A stretch of DNA of 63,356 nt, filler included. It is 8 parts of 8 records of this genome, joined end to end, with 100 filler letters (N's around TTAATTAATTAA, not from the genome) between each part and the next. Parts side by side here need not be neighbours in the genome. Positions count along the whole stretch, not along the records: positions 44,694 to 50,460 come from SRR31147125_17433; positions 50,561 to 58,105 come from SRR31147125_17489; positions 58,206 to 63,356 come from SRR31147125_17554; 5 more parts are not named here. The stretch is one strand, 5' to 3'. Within the stretch, counting starts at the first letter, position 1, and every line of letters begins with the position of its first letter. The position numbers were made by a program, and so were the translations under genes. The notes beneath the pieces are model-generated. The model did no database searches. It was not told the origin of the DNA and was given only the letters and a program-made list of their open reading frames with translations. Shown one piece after another: positions 46,796 through 58,335 of the stretch.

Positions 46796-46971
46796 ACTAC
46801 CAGCATCTTACAACAGTTTCTTTAGCGGTAATTAAAATCAACAAAAAAATACTCCCAATTATCCGTGATTATCAGTAAATTAATTACTAAAAAATCGAGT
46901 AATTTTGTATCTTAATTCTTTTAATTTTTGCAAATTAGCTTATAACTCAGGTATGTAATAATCCTATTCGT

Positions 46972-49900
46972 ATGGCTGCAATTGGAGAGGGGAAATTTCA
47001 AAAAATGTTAAATAACTTATCAGATGTTATTTTCATTATCAATTCAAAAGGAATAATCACTTATAAAAGCCCAAACATAGAAAAATATTTTGGATGTAAA
47101 GCCCAGGAATTGATTGGTAAAAATATGCTAGTCAATATCCACCCAAATGATAAGCACGGCTATGAACAATTGTTTCATTCCATAATGGATAAGTCAGACT
47201 CTTCAGCATCTGAAGAATTCAGATATGCATGTAAGGATGGCTCCTATAAATGGATAAAAGTAAGCTTGACGAATTTACTGGATGATAAGGACATTCAAGG
47301 GATTTTAGGAAGTTTTTATGAAATTTCAGCATCCAAAAAAGAAGACAACGCATCGGTTATCAACAATTCATTTTTTATAGCAATCCTGGAATCTTTAAAC
47401 GAAGGGGTTTTAATTGTTAATGCGGAAAAAACAAAATAACCCAATCGAACAGAAGATTTAAAGAAATATTTTCAATTCCCGATAATTTGCTTACCGAGAA
47501 TAATGATTCAATACTTATTGAGTATGCCAAGAATCAGTTAACCGACCCCGATTCTTTCACAAAAAATATTGCTGAAATTTATAAAACAAATGCATCTTCA
47601 GAAACAATCTTACCCTTTAAAGACGGCAGGATAATTGAAAGATTCTCTTATCCGCTACAAGAAAACAGCCCAATTAAAGGACGTATTTGGTTATTCCGTG
47701 ATATCACAGAAAAAAAACAACAGGAGGAAAATCTCGGCAAATTTAAGTTAGCTACAGATTACACGATGGATGGTGTATTTTGGTTAAATCAGCATGGGGG
47801 ATTCGATTATATAAACGAACAGGCATGTAAGATGTTAGGCTATACTTTTGATGAATTAATCCAACTTAAACTCCCCGATATTTCACCTAGCGTCACGTTT
47901 GAATCTCATAGAATTATCTGGGACAGGCTAACCAGCAATAAAAAACTTGAATGGAAAATTTTAGAAGATAACCAAAAAAAGAAAGATGGTTCAAACTTGC
48001 CTGTGGAAGTAAGCTCTGTATTTATGTGGATAGATAATAAAGGTCTTCTAATATCATACGTGAGAGATATTACTGAACGGAAAAAATACGAGGAGTCGAT
48101 CTTAAAAAATCAAAGATTTCTATCAGAATCACAACGTGTAGCAAATATTGGGTGCTTTGAGAATGACTTTACAACAAAAAAACTTACCTGGAATGCAGAA
48201 TCGTATAAAATCTTTGGATTCAACAACCAGGAATTAGAGATTACAACGGATACATACAGAAAAATGATCTACCCTGAAGATCTTCCATATGTTAAATCCG
48301 AATTAAATTATATTATACAAACCAAAAATTTTAGGGATCAGGAATACAGAATTGTTCGAGAAGATGGGGAAATACGAACTATACTGGTTGTTGGGGATGT
48401 TGAACTAAACGATAAAGGTGAAGTCTGTCGTACTTTTGGAATACTTCAAGATATAACCGAACGAAAAATAGCAGAAGACCAACTTCGAAAAGCTAAAGAA
48501 AGGGCTGAAGAAAGCGAACTATTCCTAAAAGAATCTCAACGAACAGGCAATATCGGTTCTTACAAACTTGATATTAAAACAGGTTTTTGGACAACCACCA
48601 AAACGCTGGATGATATATTTGGTATTGATGATTCAACTGTTAAAGATGTAACGGCCTGGATTGATATTATCCATCCCGATGACAGAGAGATGATAAAAAA
48701 CTACTTTTATGATGAAGTACTTGACAGGAAGCAACCATTTGACAAAGAATATCGAATAATCAGACACAGCGATAAAGGTGTAAAATGGATTTATGGGATT
48801 GGCAAACTTACTTTTGACGAAAATGGCGAGTTGAGTGGAATGGTAGGTACAATTCAGGATATAACGGATAGAAAAATTGCCAATACATCATTAATTGAAA
48901 GTGAAAAAAGGCTCAATCTAATATTTAATTCAACCACCGATTTAATGTGCCTAATTACCTTTAAACCTGACGGTTATTATTACGAAGCAATTAATGAAGC
49001 CTATTTAAACAGAATTAAATTAGCCGCTCCTTGGATTAATACAGAAAAATTAATTGGCGGTAAAGTGATTGACCATTTTTTACAATTAAAACTTTCTGAT
49101 AAAAATATACAGGCAATTCTTGATATCTATGATAACGTAATTAAATCAAAAGAAATTCATACCATAACAGAAAAAATAAAAGGCGATAGTTTCTATTACA
49201 CAATAAATTCTGTTTACAACCCGGTAATGAATGATAAAAATGAGATTCAATATATCTTATATACCGGTCGTGATATAACAAAACTCAAGAATGCCGAAAT
49301 TGAGTTAAGAAAGAAAAATGAAGAATATTTAGCAGCAAATAAAGAACTAAAAGAAAGCGAAGAGCGATTAAAAGCATTACAAAATGCTTCATTTGGTGGG
49401 ATTGCAATTCACGATAAAGGAATTATACTCGATTGCAATAAGGCATTGTCTGAAATTTCTGGTTATTCGTATGATGAACTTATTGGAATGAATGGCTTAT
49501 TGCTCATATCAGAAAAAACACGAGAGTATGTAATGAGCAAGATAACAAGCGGATATGAGAAACCTTATGAGGCATTTGGATTAAGAAAAAATGGGAAGGA
49601 ATACCCATTACGTTTAGAAGCGCGCAATATACCATACAAAGGTAAGATGGTTCGTTCTGTTGAATTTCGGGATATGACCCAACTAAAAAAGGTTGAAGCA
49701 GAAATTTTAATGGAAAAAGAAAAAGCCGAAGAAAATGAAAAAAGATTTAAAACACTAGCCGACAATGTTCCTGGCACTATTTATTTATGCAACAACGACG
49801 ATACTTATTCCATGATGTACCTCAACGACATGGTTGAAGAATTAACTGGTTATCCGAAAGAGAAATTTCTCAACAAGGAAATAAGTTTTACGCAATTATA

Positions 49901-50460
49901 TCACCCGGATGATGCAAATTACATTTATGAACAAGTAGAAAATGCTATTTCGAAACAAAATCCGTTTCACTTAACATACCGCCTTAAACACAAAAATGGT
50001 AACTGGAAATGGATAGAAGAATATGGAACCGGGGTCTATTCCCAAAACGAGTTATTGTTTTTAGAAGGATTCTTTGTTGATATTACAAAGCAAAAGAAAG
50101 CAGAGCAAGAACTTCTTTACGCAAAAGAGATATCAGAAAAAAACGAAAAAAGATATGAAGGTTTGTTAAATAACCTAAGTGCAGGAATAATTGTACATGC
50201 TGCTGACACTTCAATCCTACATAGCAATATAAAAGCATCTGAGTTAATGGGTCTATCTATTGAACAAATGCAGGGAAAAGTATCGATTGATCCGGATTGG
50301 CAATTTTATGATGAAAATAATAATAAAATACCTGTTGAGAATTATCCGGTTTCTAATGTAATAAAGACAAAAAAACCTGTCAATAATTATATCACCCGCG
50401 TTTACCGCCCACGAACAAAAGATAGTGTGTGGCTTTCAGTAAATGGATACCCAATCCTAA
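46972..50460 (+). CDS. Multi-PAS sensor protein, probably a histidine kinase (3' truncated; frameshift in A-run at about 47426-47430)
   Basis: About nine PAS/PAC units with HPDD and DITERK-type motifs. The output domain is not in the contig. Confidence 0.85.
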
Positions 50461-50560
50461 NNNNNNNNNNNNNNNNNNNNNNNNNNNNNNNNNNNNNNNN
50501 NNNNTTAATTAATTAANNNNNNNNNNNNNNNNNNNNNNNNNNNNNNNNNNNNNNNNNNNN
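50461..50560. other. Artificial contig linker
   Basis: N-TTAATTAATTAA-N. Confidence 0.99.
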
Positions 50561-51445
50561 AAAAATTCTATCACCGTATCTTTTAGAGATATCTTGAGGG
50601 CTCAAGTTTGTTGAAACAACAGTCGGTAGTCCTTTTAAGTCTCTTTCACTAACAAGGCTATATAAATATTCTACAGTAACATTTTTGGTCATGATTTCTG
50701 TGCCAAGGTCATCTATTGCAAGTAGCGGAATTTCATATAACAGATCCAAATCAATATCTTCGCCCATTCTGTGTTTAAAAAACAAACCGAAAACAGAGGT
50801 TGCAGTTTGGTACTTTGCCATGCGTCCTTCTTTTAAAACCCTATCTACAATGCATTGGATAAGATAAGTTTTACCCGTACCCGCTTTACCCATAATAACA
50901 AGGTTTTTACCAACTTCATTGATTGTATTACAATATTCTATACACCTTTTTTTAAGAGAGTTCATATATTGTCTTTGAGATTTATCCTGATACATAATAG
51001 AATCTGAAAAAACTTTTTCATCGTACTTTTCAAAGCTAGCATGCTCATTATCAAGTCCGCTGTCTGATATCCTTTGCTTAAACAAAAGGCTGTTATAACA
51101 GTCACATTTTGTTTTAGAATCTAGATTACCTGTGTCTTTGCATTTATTACAGTTATACCAAAGCTCAAGATGGTTTTTTGTGTATCCTTTTTGCACCAGC
51201 ATATTCTGTATTTCTTGTTTAAGCTCAAGTATCTTTTCTGATATTTCTTTACGTTTCTGTCCAGAATCTTTGTCAGAAATAGCCTCTTTAAAATCCTGCA
51301 GGCATAGTTTAATCAGTTTATCATCTAATTCTTTAATATCGTTATGCTCTAAAAAAACCTGTCGTCTACGTTCTTCCAAGTCATTTTTACTGTTTCTTTG
51401 CATATTTTGATACTTTGTTTTAATATTATCAAAAATCACACTCAT
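50561..51445 (-). CDS. DnaC/DnaI-like helicase-loader ATPase (3' truncated)
   Basis: CNKCKDTG...CDC zinc motif, GKAGTGKT, IDDLGTE, STNL; directly downstream of dnaD. Confidence 0.85.
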
Positions 51446-51517
51446 ATAAAAATCCATTCCTTTCACTATAACTACCTGTAGCACAAATAGTCATGGAAAT
51501 AAATTTTCTCACATTGA

Positions 51518-52921
51518 CTAACCTTTTTTATCGATGTCACTCAGAATATTAATGAAGTCTTGCTCGTTATAATCAGAACCAATATATCCATGATGACTAG
51601 TTTGACTATCCTTGCTATACGATTTAATGTCATCTAAAAACGCTTGTTTCGTATGAATATCTTTTTGTTTTAAAGAATCGAAAATCTTTGACATATACTG
51701 ATTTTGATTTTTAGCCGATTTAGAATATATCGCAACTTCTAGCATAAGGTCATAAGGAAAATCCTTTTCCCATCTTTCAAAGTTTTCTATCTGGTATCCG
51801 GTTATCATATTATCAAAACCAGCAGATTTATAAAACTTATATGCATTATCTCTTTGAGATTGTCTGCTCTCAATTTCACCAATAATTTGACTTTCGCTTT
51901 CAAGTCCGTTCATCTTCCAATTATACAATATTGTCTCTACATAGTTAAGGCTTGTTTTTTCTCTTTGCGCTGCTTGAGAAAAAGCAAATGTAATAATATT
52001 ATCAGTAAATCCAGCATCAATAAAAGTCTGAATTTTAGTAAGCTTAGCAGGGTTAGGCTTATCGCCAATCTGCGCTAGCCACTTAGAACACTTATCTCTA
52101 AAGTTATTACTTGAAGACATATGTTCGAAAATTTGTCTTGATGTTGTTTTTCCGCTGTTATGTAAGTTTTCTAACACTTTATCAATATATTTAAAGCTCG
52201 GGTTTGATGTTGTGCTTATATCTTTTATCGCCATCATAACGGCGTCTTGTGTAAAGCCCCAATCACCAGTCCATTTGCAATAAAGGTCCATCTCTGGCTT
52301 GCTTGGCATTCTTCCAAAACCGCCAATGTATGATAATATCTTGTTAGCTCCGCTAGAAAGACGTTCATGCTTTTCTATCTCGTCCATGGCTTCTTCTACG
52401 CTATAAATTTCCTTTTGCGCCCATGTTTTTGCAACAGCATTCATATACTGTATGTTAACATCTTTTCCTTTTCTGTTTTGACAATATTCTATTAAATATA
52501 AAACAACTTCTTTGGGTAGTTTTAAAACATCTGTCCAATCGTATATAAGCTTAAATTGTGTTGTAGTAATAGGCTTTTCACCAAAAGCCACCTGTAACTG
52601 ATCGTTATATTCTTTATCTTTATAAAGCATACTGGCATCAAAGCTTAACCCACTATTTGCTTTAAATTCAATCCAAACTTGTGCCCTATTGTTTATCTTA
52701 CATAGCCCTTTTTGTTGAAGATATTCAAAAGCTGATATCACAATCATTATATCCATATTGGCTATATCAGAAATCTCACTGACATATGCTTTATCTTTTT
52801 TTTCTAATATAAGACCTATAAAATATAGCTTTAAATAATCCGAAGGTAAGCCTTGCATAACTTCGGATACAAATTCCTGCGAAACATCTATTGATACAGG
52901 TTCCATAGCATTATGATTCAT
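51518..52921 (-). CDS. dnaD: DnaD-domain replication protein (several DnaB_2/DnaD domains)
   Basis: Repeated Y...V/I...W motifs (YMNAVAKTW, YIDKVLENL, YVETILYNW). Confidence 0.75.
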   Translation of the reverse strand: MNHNAMEPVSIDVSQEFVSEVMQGLPSDYLKLYFIGLILEKKDKAYVSEISDIANMDIMIVISAFEYLQQKGLCKINNRAQVWIEFKANSGLSFDASMLYKDKEYNDQLQVAFGEKPITTTQFKLIYDWTDVLKLPKEVVLYLIEYCQNRKGKDVNIQYMNAVAKTWAQKEIYSVEEAMDEIEKHERLSSGANKILSYIGGFGRMPSKPEMDLYCKWTGDWGFTQDAVMMAIKDISTTSNPSFKYIDKVLENLHNSGKTTSRQIFEHMSSSNNFRDKCSKWLAQIGDKPNPAKLTKIQTFIDAGFTDNIITFAFSQAAQREKTSLNYVETILYNWKMNGLESESQIIGEIESRQSQRDNAYKFYKSAGFDNMITGYQIENFERWEKDFPYDLMLEVAIYSKSAKNQNQYMSKIFDSLKQKDIHTKQAFLDDIKSYSKDSQTSHHGYIGSDYNEQDFINILSDIDKKG

Positions 52922-52925
52922 AAGT

Positions 52926-53822
52926 CTATCCTTCCCAAGTTAAAAAGTTATAAAGAACCTCATTAAATTTAGCTACTTTTTCTTCGTGCAGTAAAAACCC
53001 AGCGTTTCTTATTGTCATAAGGTGTGCTCTTTCTATTCCTGTATTAAAAAATTCTATGATCTCTTCGTTATGATAAGAATCATCCAGCCCAAAAAGAATC
53101 AATGTCTTATGTTTTAAAAGATGCAGATGATCGATAACATTTGAATCATCATAATGAGCTAAAATTTTATGCAGACAAGCCTTAGCAACTGGGTCTCTGA
53201 ATTGAATAAAATAATTTTTCACCATTCGTTGTGTAACTTTTGTCTTGTCAAAAAAAGCCTCTATCAAAAATCTTTCCATAGCTTTTGGGTTAAAAAACAA
53301 TCTTGAATATAGTCTGCCTAAAAAAGTCGCCATTATTTTTAGCCCAAAAGGGTATCCTACGTTTATTCCGCCAGGCGATATAAGTATGATCTTGTCCACC
53401 CTATCCGAAAGTCTTAGCGCTAAATCTAATGCATATGCCGCGCCTTCTCCAAGTGCACAGATAGAAACTTTATCCAATCCAAGTTCATTGATAAAAGCTT
53501 CCAAAAATATCCCATGATCTTCTACAGAATAAAACAAATTTGGTTTTTCAGAAAAACCACAACCTATTAGATCTGGTACAATAACCCTAAAGCCTTTATC
53601 TGCAAGCTTAAAAATTGTGTTTCTAAAGGTATACGAAGACGTAAACGCACTATGTACGAATAAAACAGGTGTCCCTTTACCTTTATCATGATAGTGCATT
53701 GTATATTTAACTTCAAATTCAGAATCTGGATTTGAATATTGTTCCAAAACAATGGATAGATCTACATATTGGCCAGTATTTTGAGCATTAACAAATTTTG
53801 CCTCTTTTTTTGGCTCAAACAT
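52926..53822 (-). CDS. Alpha/beta hydrolase-fold protein with degenerate catalytic residues
   Basis: PVLFVH and PDLIGCGFSEKP are present; the nucleophile elbow reads ALGEG and the His motif reads NAGFLLH. Confidence 0.8.
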   Translation of the reverse strand: MFEPKKEAKFVNAQNTGQYVDLSIVLEQYSNPDSEFEVKYTMHYHDKGKGTPVLFVHSAFTSSYTFRNTIFKLADKGFRVIVPDLIGCGFSEKPNLFYSVEDHGIFLEAFINELGLDKVSICALGEGAAYALDLALRLSDRVDKIILISPGGINVGYPFGLKIMATFLGRLYSRLFFNPKAMERFLIEAFFDKTKVTQRMVKNYFIQFRDPVAKACLHKILAHYDDSNVIDHLHLLKHKTLILFGLDDSYHNEEIIEFFNTGIERAHLMTIRNAGFLLHEEKVAKFNEVLYNFLTWEG

Positions 53823-54179
53823 AAAGCTTTCTGCCTCCCATTTTTAACAATTCTGCCCTATTCGCATAATATGGGCATTATAAGTCAAACTATATTCTAC
53901 TACTTATGATAAGTTATTTCAATTGTTATATTTGATATTTTTATTTTGTACATATTATATATTTATATTATTCAATGCCTGGTTTAACCTAAAGCATAAA
54001 TAATTAACCTTTTCGCTTAATATAATGCTATACATTTTTATCTTTATTAAGTATAATTATAAAAAGTGTATTTAAAGATAATACACTGTAAATTTTTATA
54101 CCCTATCGAATTAAAGCTTATTATATCTTTTTTGTGATATGATGGCTAATATATATTTTTTTAAATAATACTTGGAGGT

Positions 54180-54986
54180 ATGATGAAAGTAAAACTTTTA
54201 GCTATTGACTTGGACGGAACTTTGACTCCAAAAGGAACTAACGATATTTCTAACAGAAATAGAAGAGCTATTGAAAAAGCTATTGAAAATGGTATTGTTG
54301 TTTGTATAGCAACAGGAAGAACATATAAGGCTGCAAAAGTTGTTCAGGATATATTAGGGTTAGATGCTAACATAATATGTTTTGCAGGGTCTATGGTTAC
54401 CGATAATGAAGGTAATATCCTTCATAAAGACTTTTTGAGCCCGAAAGATACTAGCGATTTAATAGAGTATGCTAATAAAAACCAAAAATATTGTCAAATA
54501 TATAAAGGCGATGATGTTTTATATTATAAATCTAACGATGAGTTTGACACTTACGCGAAATTATACAGCGAAAGATCTGGTCTAAATGTTATTTCTGATA
54601 CATCACTTCTTGGAAACAAAGATATATCAACATCAAAGATGTTATTTATGGACAAGGAGCAAAATATAGACCAAACAATAAAAGATCTAAGAAAAGCATT
54701 CCCTCACCTTAGCGTAAAGGATTCTATGGTGCCTTTTATCGAGATTATGAATGTAACCGCTACTAAGGGTAATGGTGTTGCTATAATTGCTAAAAGTCTT
54801 GGTATCGATATGTCTGAAACTATGGCTGTTGGTGATGCTGGAATAGATGCCTGCATGATAGAGCAAGCTGGGGTTGGTGTTGCTATGGAGGAATCTAAGC
54901 AATATATCAAAGATCTAGCAGATTATGTTACGCTGGATTTTGAAAGCGACGGCTTAGCGCATGCTATTGAGAAATTTTGCTTCTAG
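54180..54986 (+). CDS. Cof-type HAD hydrolase
   Basis: DLDGTL, ATGR, KGNG and GDAGID motifs. Confidence 0.92.
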   Translation: MMKVKLLAIDLDGTLTPKGTNDISNRNRRAIEKAIENGIVVCIATGRTYKAAKVVQDILGLDANIICFAGSMVTDNEGNILHKDFLSPKDTSDLIEYANKNQKYCQIYKGDDVLYYKSNDEFDTYAKLYSERSGLNVISDTSLLGNKDISTSKMLFMDKEQNIDQTIKDLRKAFPHLSVKDSMVPFIEIMNVTATKGNGVAIIAKSLGIDMSETMAVGDAGIDACMIEQAGVGVAMEESKQYIKDLADYVTLDFESDGLAHAIEKFCF

Positions 54987-55099
54987 ACTTTTAGACGCAT
55001 AGATATAAGTTTGACAAGAAAATTATAGATGTTACTGCATTTTTACATAAATATTTTGAAGGCATTTTTTGCCGTATAATGCGAAAGGATATAAAACTT

Positions 55100-56023
55100 A
55101 TGAAAAAAGCTTTAAATATTAACGAGTTCGTCCAAAAGCTTCGACTAACTCCTGTCTACACAAGTACAAAAGAAGAAATACCAGTCAATACGTCAGATTT
55201 AAACAGACCTGGTCTTCAAATGTCTGGATTTTTTGAGTACTTTGCAAAAAACAGAATTCAATTATTTGGTATGGTTGAAATGACGTATCTAGAATATATG
55301 GAAGAAGACAAAAGACAAGAAGTTATGGATAAGTTCTTCGCAAGCAACATTCCTCTTGTTTTAATCGGAAGAAACTTATCTCCTCCTCATGATATGATAG
55401 AAGCTGCTAAAAAACACGATGTTCCTGTTTATATGTCTGGGCTTACAACAACAAAGCTAGGTCATAAAACAACAGAGTATTTGGATATGTTTTTGGCTCC
55501 TTCCATCTCAAGGCATGCAGGTTTAATGGATGTTTATGGTATCGGTATTATGATTACTGGAGATTCTGGTGTAGGTAAATCAGAGACTGCATTAGAGCTT
55601 GTAAAAAGAGGGCATAGAATGGTTGCCGATGACGTTGTTGAAATCAAAAAAGTTTCCGAGAACGAGCTTATTGGTAAATCTCCTGAGATTATTCAACATA
55701 TGATGGAAATTAGGGGAATGGGCATTATTGATGTAAGAGAGCTTTATGGTGTTGGTGCTGTTATGCTTGAAAAAAGCATAGAGCTTGTTATACACTTAGA
55801 GCCAGGCGACTTTAAAGATATCGATAGATTGGGTATGTCTAAAAGATATACTAATCTTTTAAATGTAAAGATACCAGAGATGGTTATTCCAGTTAGACCT
55901 GGTAGAAATTTAGCTATCATCATAGAAGTTGCTGCTATGAACTTTAGACTTAAAACAATGGGACATAGCTCAGCTAATCAATTAGACCAAAAACTTATGG
56001 ATATTATGAGTGCTTACGAATAG
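55100..56023 (+). CDS. hprK: HPr kinase/phosphorylase
   Basis: NRPGLQ, GDSGVGKSETALEL, VADD, EIRGMGII, PVRPGRN. Confidence 0.97.
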   Translation: MKKALNINEFVQKLRLTPVYTSTKEEIPVNTSDLNRPGLQMSGFFEYFAKNRIQLFGMVEMTYLEYMEEDKRQEVMDKFFASNIPLVLIGRNLSPPHDMIEAAKKHDVPVYMSGLTTTKLGHKTTEYLDMFLAPSISRHAGLMDVYGIGIMITGDSGVGKSETALELVKRGHRMVADDVVEIKKVSENELIGKSPEIIQHMMEIRGMGIIDVRELYGVGAVMLEKSIELVIHLEPGDFKDIDRLGMSKRYTNLLNVKIPEMVIPVRPGRNLAIIIEVAAMNFRLKTMGHSSANQLDQKLMDIMSAYE

Positions 56024-56046
56024 AAAAAACAAAGTTATTAATAAAC

Positions 56047-56085
56047 GCCCTTGTTGTCCAGCTGTATTATGACACAAGGGCTTTT
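56047..56085 (+). terminator. Intrinsic terminator
   Basis: GCCCTTGTTGTC/GACACAAGGGC stem followed by TTTT. Confidence 0.7.
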
Positions 56086-56202
56086 GTTTTATATAAAGGT
56101 TTATTATGACTTTAAATATATTATTGCTTGTGTTCTTTGGAATAAAAATCTATACAAAAAACAAGAGCTTTTTAAAATTAATAAAAGAAAGTTAAGTTTA
56201 AT

Positions 56203-56946
56203 ATGATATTTAATGAGTATGGTGATAAAAACAATAAAGGTTTTGTGCTTATTCATGCTGGCGGGTTAAGTGATTGGATGTTTTTAAAACATATAGAATC
56301 GCTTAAGGATGATTATTTTCTAATAGTCCCAATAATAGATGGTCATGCAAACGACACATGTGAATTTACATCTATCGAATCTAGCGCAAACAAACTTTTA
56401 GCATATATAAAAGAAAATTTTGCTGATAAAGATTTTTATATTTATGGAATTTCTTTAGGTGCTCAAATCGCAATGCAAATGATTGCTTCATGTCCAGATA
56501 TGTTTTCAAAAGCAATAATAGAAAGCTGCTTGATGCATCCACAAAAAATGCTATTACAGTTGATGTTACCAACAATATCATTTACCTATCCGCTTATATC
56601 CAAAAGGTGGTTTTCTAAAATTCAGGCCAGGGCACTTTATTTACCTGATACCTTGGTAGAAAAATATTTTAATGACAGCAAAAAAATAAGTAAAAAGTCT
56701 TTGATGAATATAACAAAGAGCAATATGATGTTTGATATTGGCACAGATAACAGAGGTATTTTTACAGATGTTTTATTGGTTTATGGGTCAAAAGAAATAG
56801 ATATTATGAAAAAATCCGCAATAGAAATACATCACATTTTACCCAAGTCTAGTATTAAAGTCATAAAAAACATGCATCACGGAGAGATATTTTTTTCAAA
56901 TCCAAACCGACATATAGCATATTTGTACGAATTTATAAAGGAATAA
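56203..56946 (+). CDS. Alpha/beta hydrolase
   Basis: IHAGG, GISLG nucleophile elbow, HGE. Confidence 0.85.
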   Translation: MIFNEYGDKNNKGFVLIHAGGLSDWMFLKHIESLKDDYFLIVPIIDGHANDTCEFTSIESSANKLLAYIKENFADKDFYIYGISLGAQIAMQMIASCPDMFSKAIIESCLMHPQKMLLQLMLPTISFTYPLISKRWFSKIQARALYLPDTLVEKYFNDSKKISKKSLMNITKSNMMFDIGTDNRGIFTDVLLVYGSKEIDIMKKSAIEIHHILPKSSIKVIKNMHHGEIFFSNPNRHIAYLYEFIKE

Positions 56947-56979
56947 TCCTTGATTTTGTAAACTTTTATAGAGTTTAGC

Positions 56980-57016
56980 TTGACTATAAACGATATAGAA
57001 ATTATAATGAATATAA
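56980..57016 (+). promoter_or_regulatory. Sigma-A promoter overlapped by a Per box
   Basis: TTGACT (56980)-17 bp-TATAAT (57003). TTATAATGAATATAA (57002-57016) has one mismatch to TTATAATnATTATAA. Confidence 0.8.
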
Positions 57017-57039
57017 TAAAGTAGAATTAGGTGATTATT

Positions 57040-57453
57040 ATGAATGAAGTTGTAAAGATGTTAAATTCAAAGGATATCAGCCCCTCATTTAACAGAGTCT
57101 CAATATTAGAATATCTTTTAAATACAACAGCTCATCCGACAGTAGATGAGATATACAGCGAAATTAAAAAATACAAGACAAATCTTTCAAAGATGACTAT
57201 TTATAATGTATTGGATCTTTTAACTGAAAAAGATTTGGTTAGAACGGTTTATATATCTGAAAAAGAAGTCAGATATGATGCAAATATTTCGGATCATGCT
57301 CATTTTAGATGTAAGCAGTGCAATAGTGTAATAGATATCGATATCGATTTTGCTGATATAAGACCAGTTGGGATTGAAAACTTTGATGTGCACCAAAGAG
57401 ATATTTTCTTTTATGGTGTTTGTGATAATTGCAAAAAATCAAGTGGTAATTAG
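57040..57453 (+). CDS. perR: Fur-family peroxide regulator, PerR-like
   Basis: HPTVDEIY, TIYN, RYD, HAHFRCKQC, IDI and a C-terminal CxxC; upstream Per box. Confidence 0.8.
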   Translation: MNEVVKMLNSKDISPSFNRVSILEYLLNTTAHPTVDEIYSEIKKYKTNLSKMTIYNVLDLLTEKDLVRTVYISEKEVRYDANISDHAHFRCKQCNSVIDIDIDFADIRPVGIENFDVHQRDIFFYGVCDNCKKSSGN

Positions 57454-57459
57454 CTAAAA

Positions 57460-57504
57460 AAAGGTTATCCGCAAAACTAATTTCAAGATTTGCGGATAAC
57501 CTTT
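57460..57504. terminator. Bidirectional terminator
   Basis: Perfect 16-bp stem AAAGGTTATCCGCAAA/TTTGCGGATAACCTTT between convergent genes. Confidence 0.85.
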
Positions 57505-57624
57505 AAAAATATGCCATTAAGTTCTGTATACTTAGGTGTAATGCTAAATTAAACTGGGGAATTTTTATCGTACTAATTAAAATCGGAAACGCATATTTGC
57601 TGTTTGGTGCTGCATCTGCAATGA

Positions 57625-58105
57625 TTATACAGCTACACGTACAATACAATGGGTTCCATTAATTCTTCCTTGTAATTCTCCATCATCATTTTTAAAGAAT
57701 AAATCTTCCAAGTCGGTTGAATTCTTTTTATCCTTTACTTTTAAAGAGTAGCCATCTAAAAATGATTCAAGCTCTTCTTCACCAATCCCAAATGTCCATC
57801 CTTCACCAGCATTTTGTACAAATTTTGCAATATCTTTTTCTCCATAATATCTATGTTCTTCTTTCAATACAGAAGAATAAACAAAATCAAAAATAACCTC
57901 GCTTCCTTTTGTTGTATTCTCTGAAATAACCTTGAATGTTGTTTTTACTGAATCCTCATCCAAATACATCAACAATCCTTCTAATAAAAATAAAGTCCTT
58001 TTATTTTTTTCAAAACCAGACTGTATAAGCTTGTCAATTGCCGATTCTTTATTAAAATCAATGGATATATAATTTATATTTTCCGGAATCGAGACTCCCC
58101 TTTTT
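57625..58105 (-). CDS. SAM-dependent methyltransferase, LCM family (5' truncated)
   Basis: Frame is open to the contig end: ISIDF...TLFLLEGLLMYL...FDFV...GEGWTFG. Confidence 0.8.
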
Positions 58106-58205
58106 NNNNNNNNNNNNNNNNNNNNNNNNNNNNNNNNNNNNNNNNNNNNTTAATTAATTAANNNNNNNNNNNNNNNNNNNNNNNNNNNNNNNNNNNNNNN
58201 NNNNN
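58106..58205. other. Artificial contig linker
   Basis: N-TTAATTAATTAA-N. Confidence 0.99.
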
Positions 58206-58270
58206 ATGGTAAGTTGGTTTTGATTAGTTGAAGGTAAAATAGTATTAACTAAATATCGTTATGAATTTTA

Positions 58271-58308
58271 AAAGTACTAAGTCAATATAAAACCAGACTT
58301 AGTACTTT
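58271..58308 (-). terminator. Terminator-like hairpin
   Basis: 13-bp stem AAAGTACTAAGTC/GACTTAGTACTTT just downstream of the minus-strand gene. Confidence 0.7.
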
Positions 58309-58335
58309 ATATCTAAAATACTTTTCATTTTTGTA

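Noticed and set aside
7527-47440. Many split genes as possible programmed frameshifts, phase variation or pseudogenes (about 7540, 11528, 20515, 23728, 26600, 27506, 27660, 29013, 31267, 34506, 35945, 44226, 45866, 47428)
   Set aside because: Nearly all are 1-bp indels in short homopolymer runs across unrelated contigs, which is typical of sequencing error. Read-level checks are needed to exclude real cases.
50561-51445. IstB-like ATPase as part of an IS21 element or prophage
   Set aside because: No IstA or phage genes. The dnaD and hprK context fits a chromosomal helicase loader.
12515-58205. Seven identical TTAATTAATTAA motifs flanked by N-runs
   Set aside because: Artificial linkers. They are not biological repeats, and gene adjacency across them is meaningless.
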